Shown here one piece after another: positions 62,750-64,000 of a DNA stretch of 64,000 bases. A program made the position numbers and the translations under genes. The stretch is from IMG/VR virus record IMGVR_UViG_3300013102_000003, positions 6,644 to 70,643 of that record. The stretch is one strand, 5' to 3'. This DNA comes from a virus (Duplodnaviria > Heunggongvirae > Uroviricota > Caudoviricetes). Under the pieces are notes generated by a model. The model was not told where the DNA came from, did no database searches, and worked only from the letters and a program-made list of their open reading frames with translations. Numbering within the stretch: position 1 is the first letter of the stretch; every line of letters starts with the position of its first letter.

Positions 62750-62970
62750 CAACAGAACAGCAAGACTGGGCCGACACCAACCGTCGCATCCAGTTGCAAT
62801 CCAAGCCCGAGTACTTCGAAGTCGTGAAGCGTGAAGTGGCGTACTCCGACCAGCGCGAAGGCACCACGTACAAGGAAACCCTGATTAGTGTACACACCTC
62901 GCGTGCCGCCGCCTTGGAGTCCGTGATGCCCAAGGGGATAATCATCCGACCTCTGACGGTGAAAAGCTGA
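62746..62970 (+). CDS. Hypothetical protein (74 aa)
   Basis: ATGA-coupled. Confidence 0.35.
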   Translation: MTTEQQDWADTNRRIQLQSKPEYFEVVKREVAYSDQREGTTYKETLISVHTSRAAALESVMPKGIIIRPLTVKS

Positions 62971-63146
62971 TGGCGGAACGCAAGAAGCGCACCAGCCACA
63001 CACTCGCGGCACTGGAGAAGCAGATCGCATCCGACAAGGCCCGAGATGAAGCCGAACCGCTGGAGGCTCTGATCGGAGTCATCCAGCCCCTGATTGCCAA
63101 GGAGGAAGCGAAGAATGACGAAGCCGACAAGCCAACAGAGGGATGA
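62970..63146 (+). CDS. Small hypothetical protein (58 aa), not in track
   Basis: ATG coupled to the upstream stop. Charged, helical. Confidence 0.3.
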   Translation: MAERKKRTSHTLAALEKQIASDKARDEAEPLEALIGVIQPLIAKEEAKNDEADKPTEG

Positions 63147-63288
63147 CGCTGGGAAGGCCCTGTACGACCGCTGGCGGTCCACTGACGCCGAACTGAAGAC
63201 CGAGTGGGCAGATGCCCCAGACACGCTGCGCGGGGTCTTCCTGAGGCACGTGGACACCGTTACGGCGGTGTTCTTCCCGGATGAATAA
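63115..63288 (+). CDS. Small hypothetical protein
   Basis: ATG 63115 (MTKPTSQQ…) in the frame of track ORF 63094..63288. Confidence 0.3.
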   Translation: MTKPTSQQRDDAGKALYDRWRSTDAELKTEWADAPDTLRGVFLRHVDTVTAVFFPDE

Positions 63289-63456
63289 GCACGGACTGGC
63301 CATCTCGGTACTGGAGAACAAGGCTGACTACTATCGGCGCATTGCCAACGACGGCGAGTACCGCTACGGCGACCCGAAGGATGAGATCGATACGTGGAGG
63401 TCCATGGCCGTCAAGTGCGACGAGGCCGCTGAAGCACTGAAGGCCTTGAGTTGACT
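63283..63456 (+). CDS. Small hypothetical protein (57 aa), not in track
   Basis: ATGA-coupled. MNKHGLAISVLENKADYYRRIAN…. Confidence 0.3.
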
Positions 63457-63478
63457 TGCGGGCCGGTCTAGTCTAGAC
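63450..63478 (+). promoter_or_regulatory. Promoter (TTGACT-17-TAGACT)
   Basis: ttgacttgcgggccggtctagtctagact. RBS aaggag follows. Confidence 0.5.
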
Positions 63479-63518
63479 TGATATCAACGAGTCAACCACA
63501 CTACTTAAGGAGAATACA

Positions 63519-64000
63519 TTGAGCATTACAGAAAGCACCCACGCTCTCGGGGATCGGGTCAAGATCACGAACGAGATGCACGAGTACCACAACCAGATCG
63601 GTGAGGTTGCATTTACAACGGCCACCCACGTCTGGGTGAGGTTCCCATCGTCCCCGCTGGCGGCATGCAGCTTCAAGAACGAGTCGGTGACCAAGCTGAA
63701 GAACCCCGAGAAGGGTGACCGCGTGCGGGTGCTCCAGCCCGGACGCTGGCAGGCCCATGAGGGAACCGTCTCGTCGGTCTACGACAAGGTGGTCAACGTC
63801 CTGCTGGACGAGGACCAGACCTCTCCGGCACGCCTTCACGTCAAGGAGGTCGAGGTCTTCGACGCTGCCCCCATTGAGCGCCGTGTCGAAGGTGAAGCCA
63901 TCCTCTTCGAGCACGTGAAGAAGGGCGACCTGATCGAGACGCTGAGCTTCCGGGAGAAGAGCGGCGTCAAGCAGAAGACCTACACCGAAGGTGTCGTGGA
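63519..64000 (+). CDS. Hypothetical protein, 3' partial (runs off window end), not in track
   Basis: Strong RBS ttaaggagaataca then TTG 63519. Open frame to nt 64000 with no stop. Confidence 0.45.
   Translation, partial: MSITESTHALGDRVKITNEMHEYHNQIGEVAFTTATHVWVRFPSSPLAACSFKNESVTKLKNPEKGDRVRVLQPGRWQAHEGTVSSVYDKVVNVLLDEDQTSPARLHVKEVEVFDAAPIERRVEGEAILFEHVKKGDLIETLSFREKSGVKQKTYTEGVV

Overview
This window reads as the early / non-structural region of a large, high-GC actinobacteriophage-like genome. It has a WhiB-family regulator, lipobox lipoproteins, and sigma-70-type promoters matching TTGACA-N17/18-(TG)GTATAATAGAG. Nearly all genes are on the + strand; the exceptions are a terminase large subunit unit and a metallophosphoesterase island on the - strand. 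Content in order along the window:
- Nucleotide metabolism: ThyX (5' partial), NrdH-NrdI-NrdE-NrdF, and a MazG-like NTP pyrophosphohydrolase.
- A recombination trio: Cas4/RecB-like PD-(D/E)XK exonuclease, AAA_24-like ATPase, and a DUF669-like ssDNA-binding protein.
- A Ro60 (TROVE+vWA) gene, with about 30 tRNA genes in five clusters. Between the canonical tRNAs around Ro60 are non-canonical tRNA-like elements (T-arm plus acceptor-like hairpins without an anticodon arm) that share a GAAGCG...GTTACTTC motif.
- An RNA-repair set: Rnl1-like ligase, T4-type Pnkp, a CCA-adding-type tRNA nucleotidyltransferase, PhoH2 (PIN+PhoH), a second RNA ligase, and a Pol-beta nucleotidyltransferase paired with an AAA ATPase.
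- ATP-dependent DNA ligase, SNase-like nuclease, DnaQ-like exonuclease.
- Cell-wall enzymes: Amidase_2 lysin and a secreted NlpC/P60 peptidase.
- Envelope / glycosylation genes: GT-B glycosyltransferase, a methyltransferase-GT2 fusion, and an SPFH protein.
- A collagen-repeat protein followed by a beta-rich protein ending in a GDPD domain (fibre-like).
- Replication: DinG helicase, AEP Prim-Pol, SF3 helicase, interspersed with HNH endonucleases.
- An HslV-like Ntn peptidase.
- Several tandem or dispersed paralog families of small proteins.
All calls are from reading motifs and folding by eye. Coordinates of RNA features and of corrected CDS starts are approximate to within a few nucleotides.
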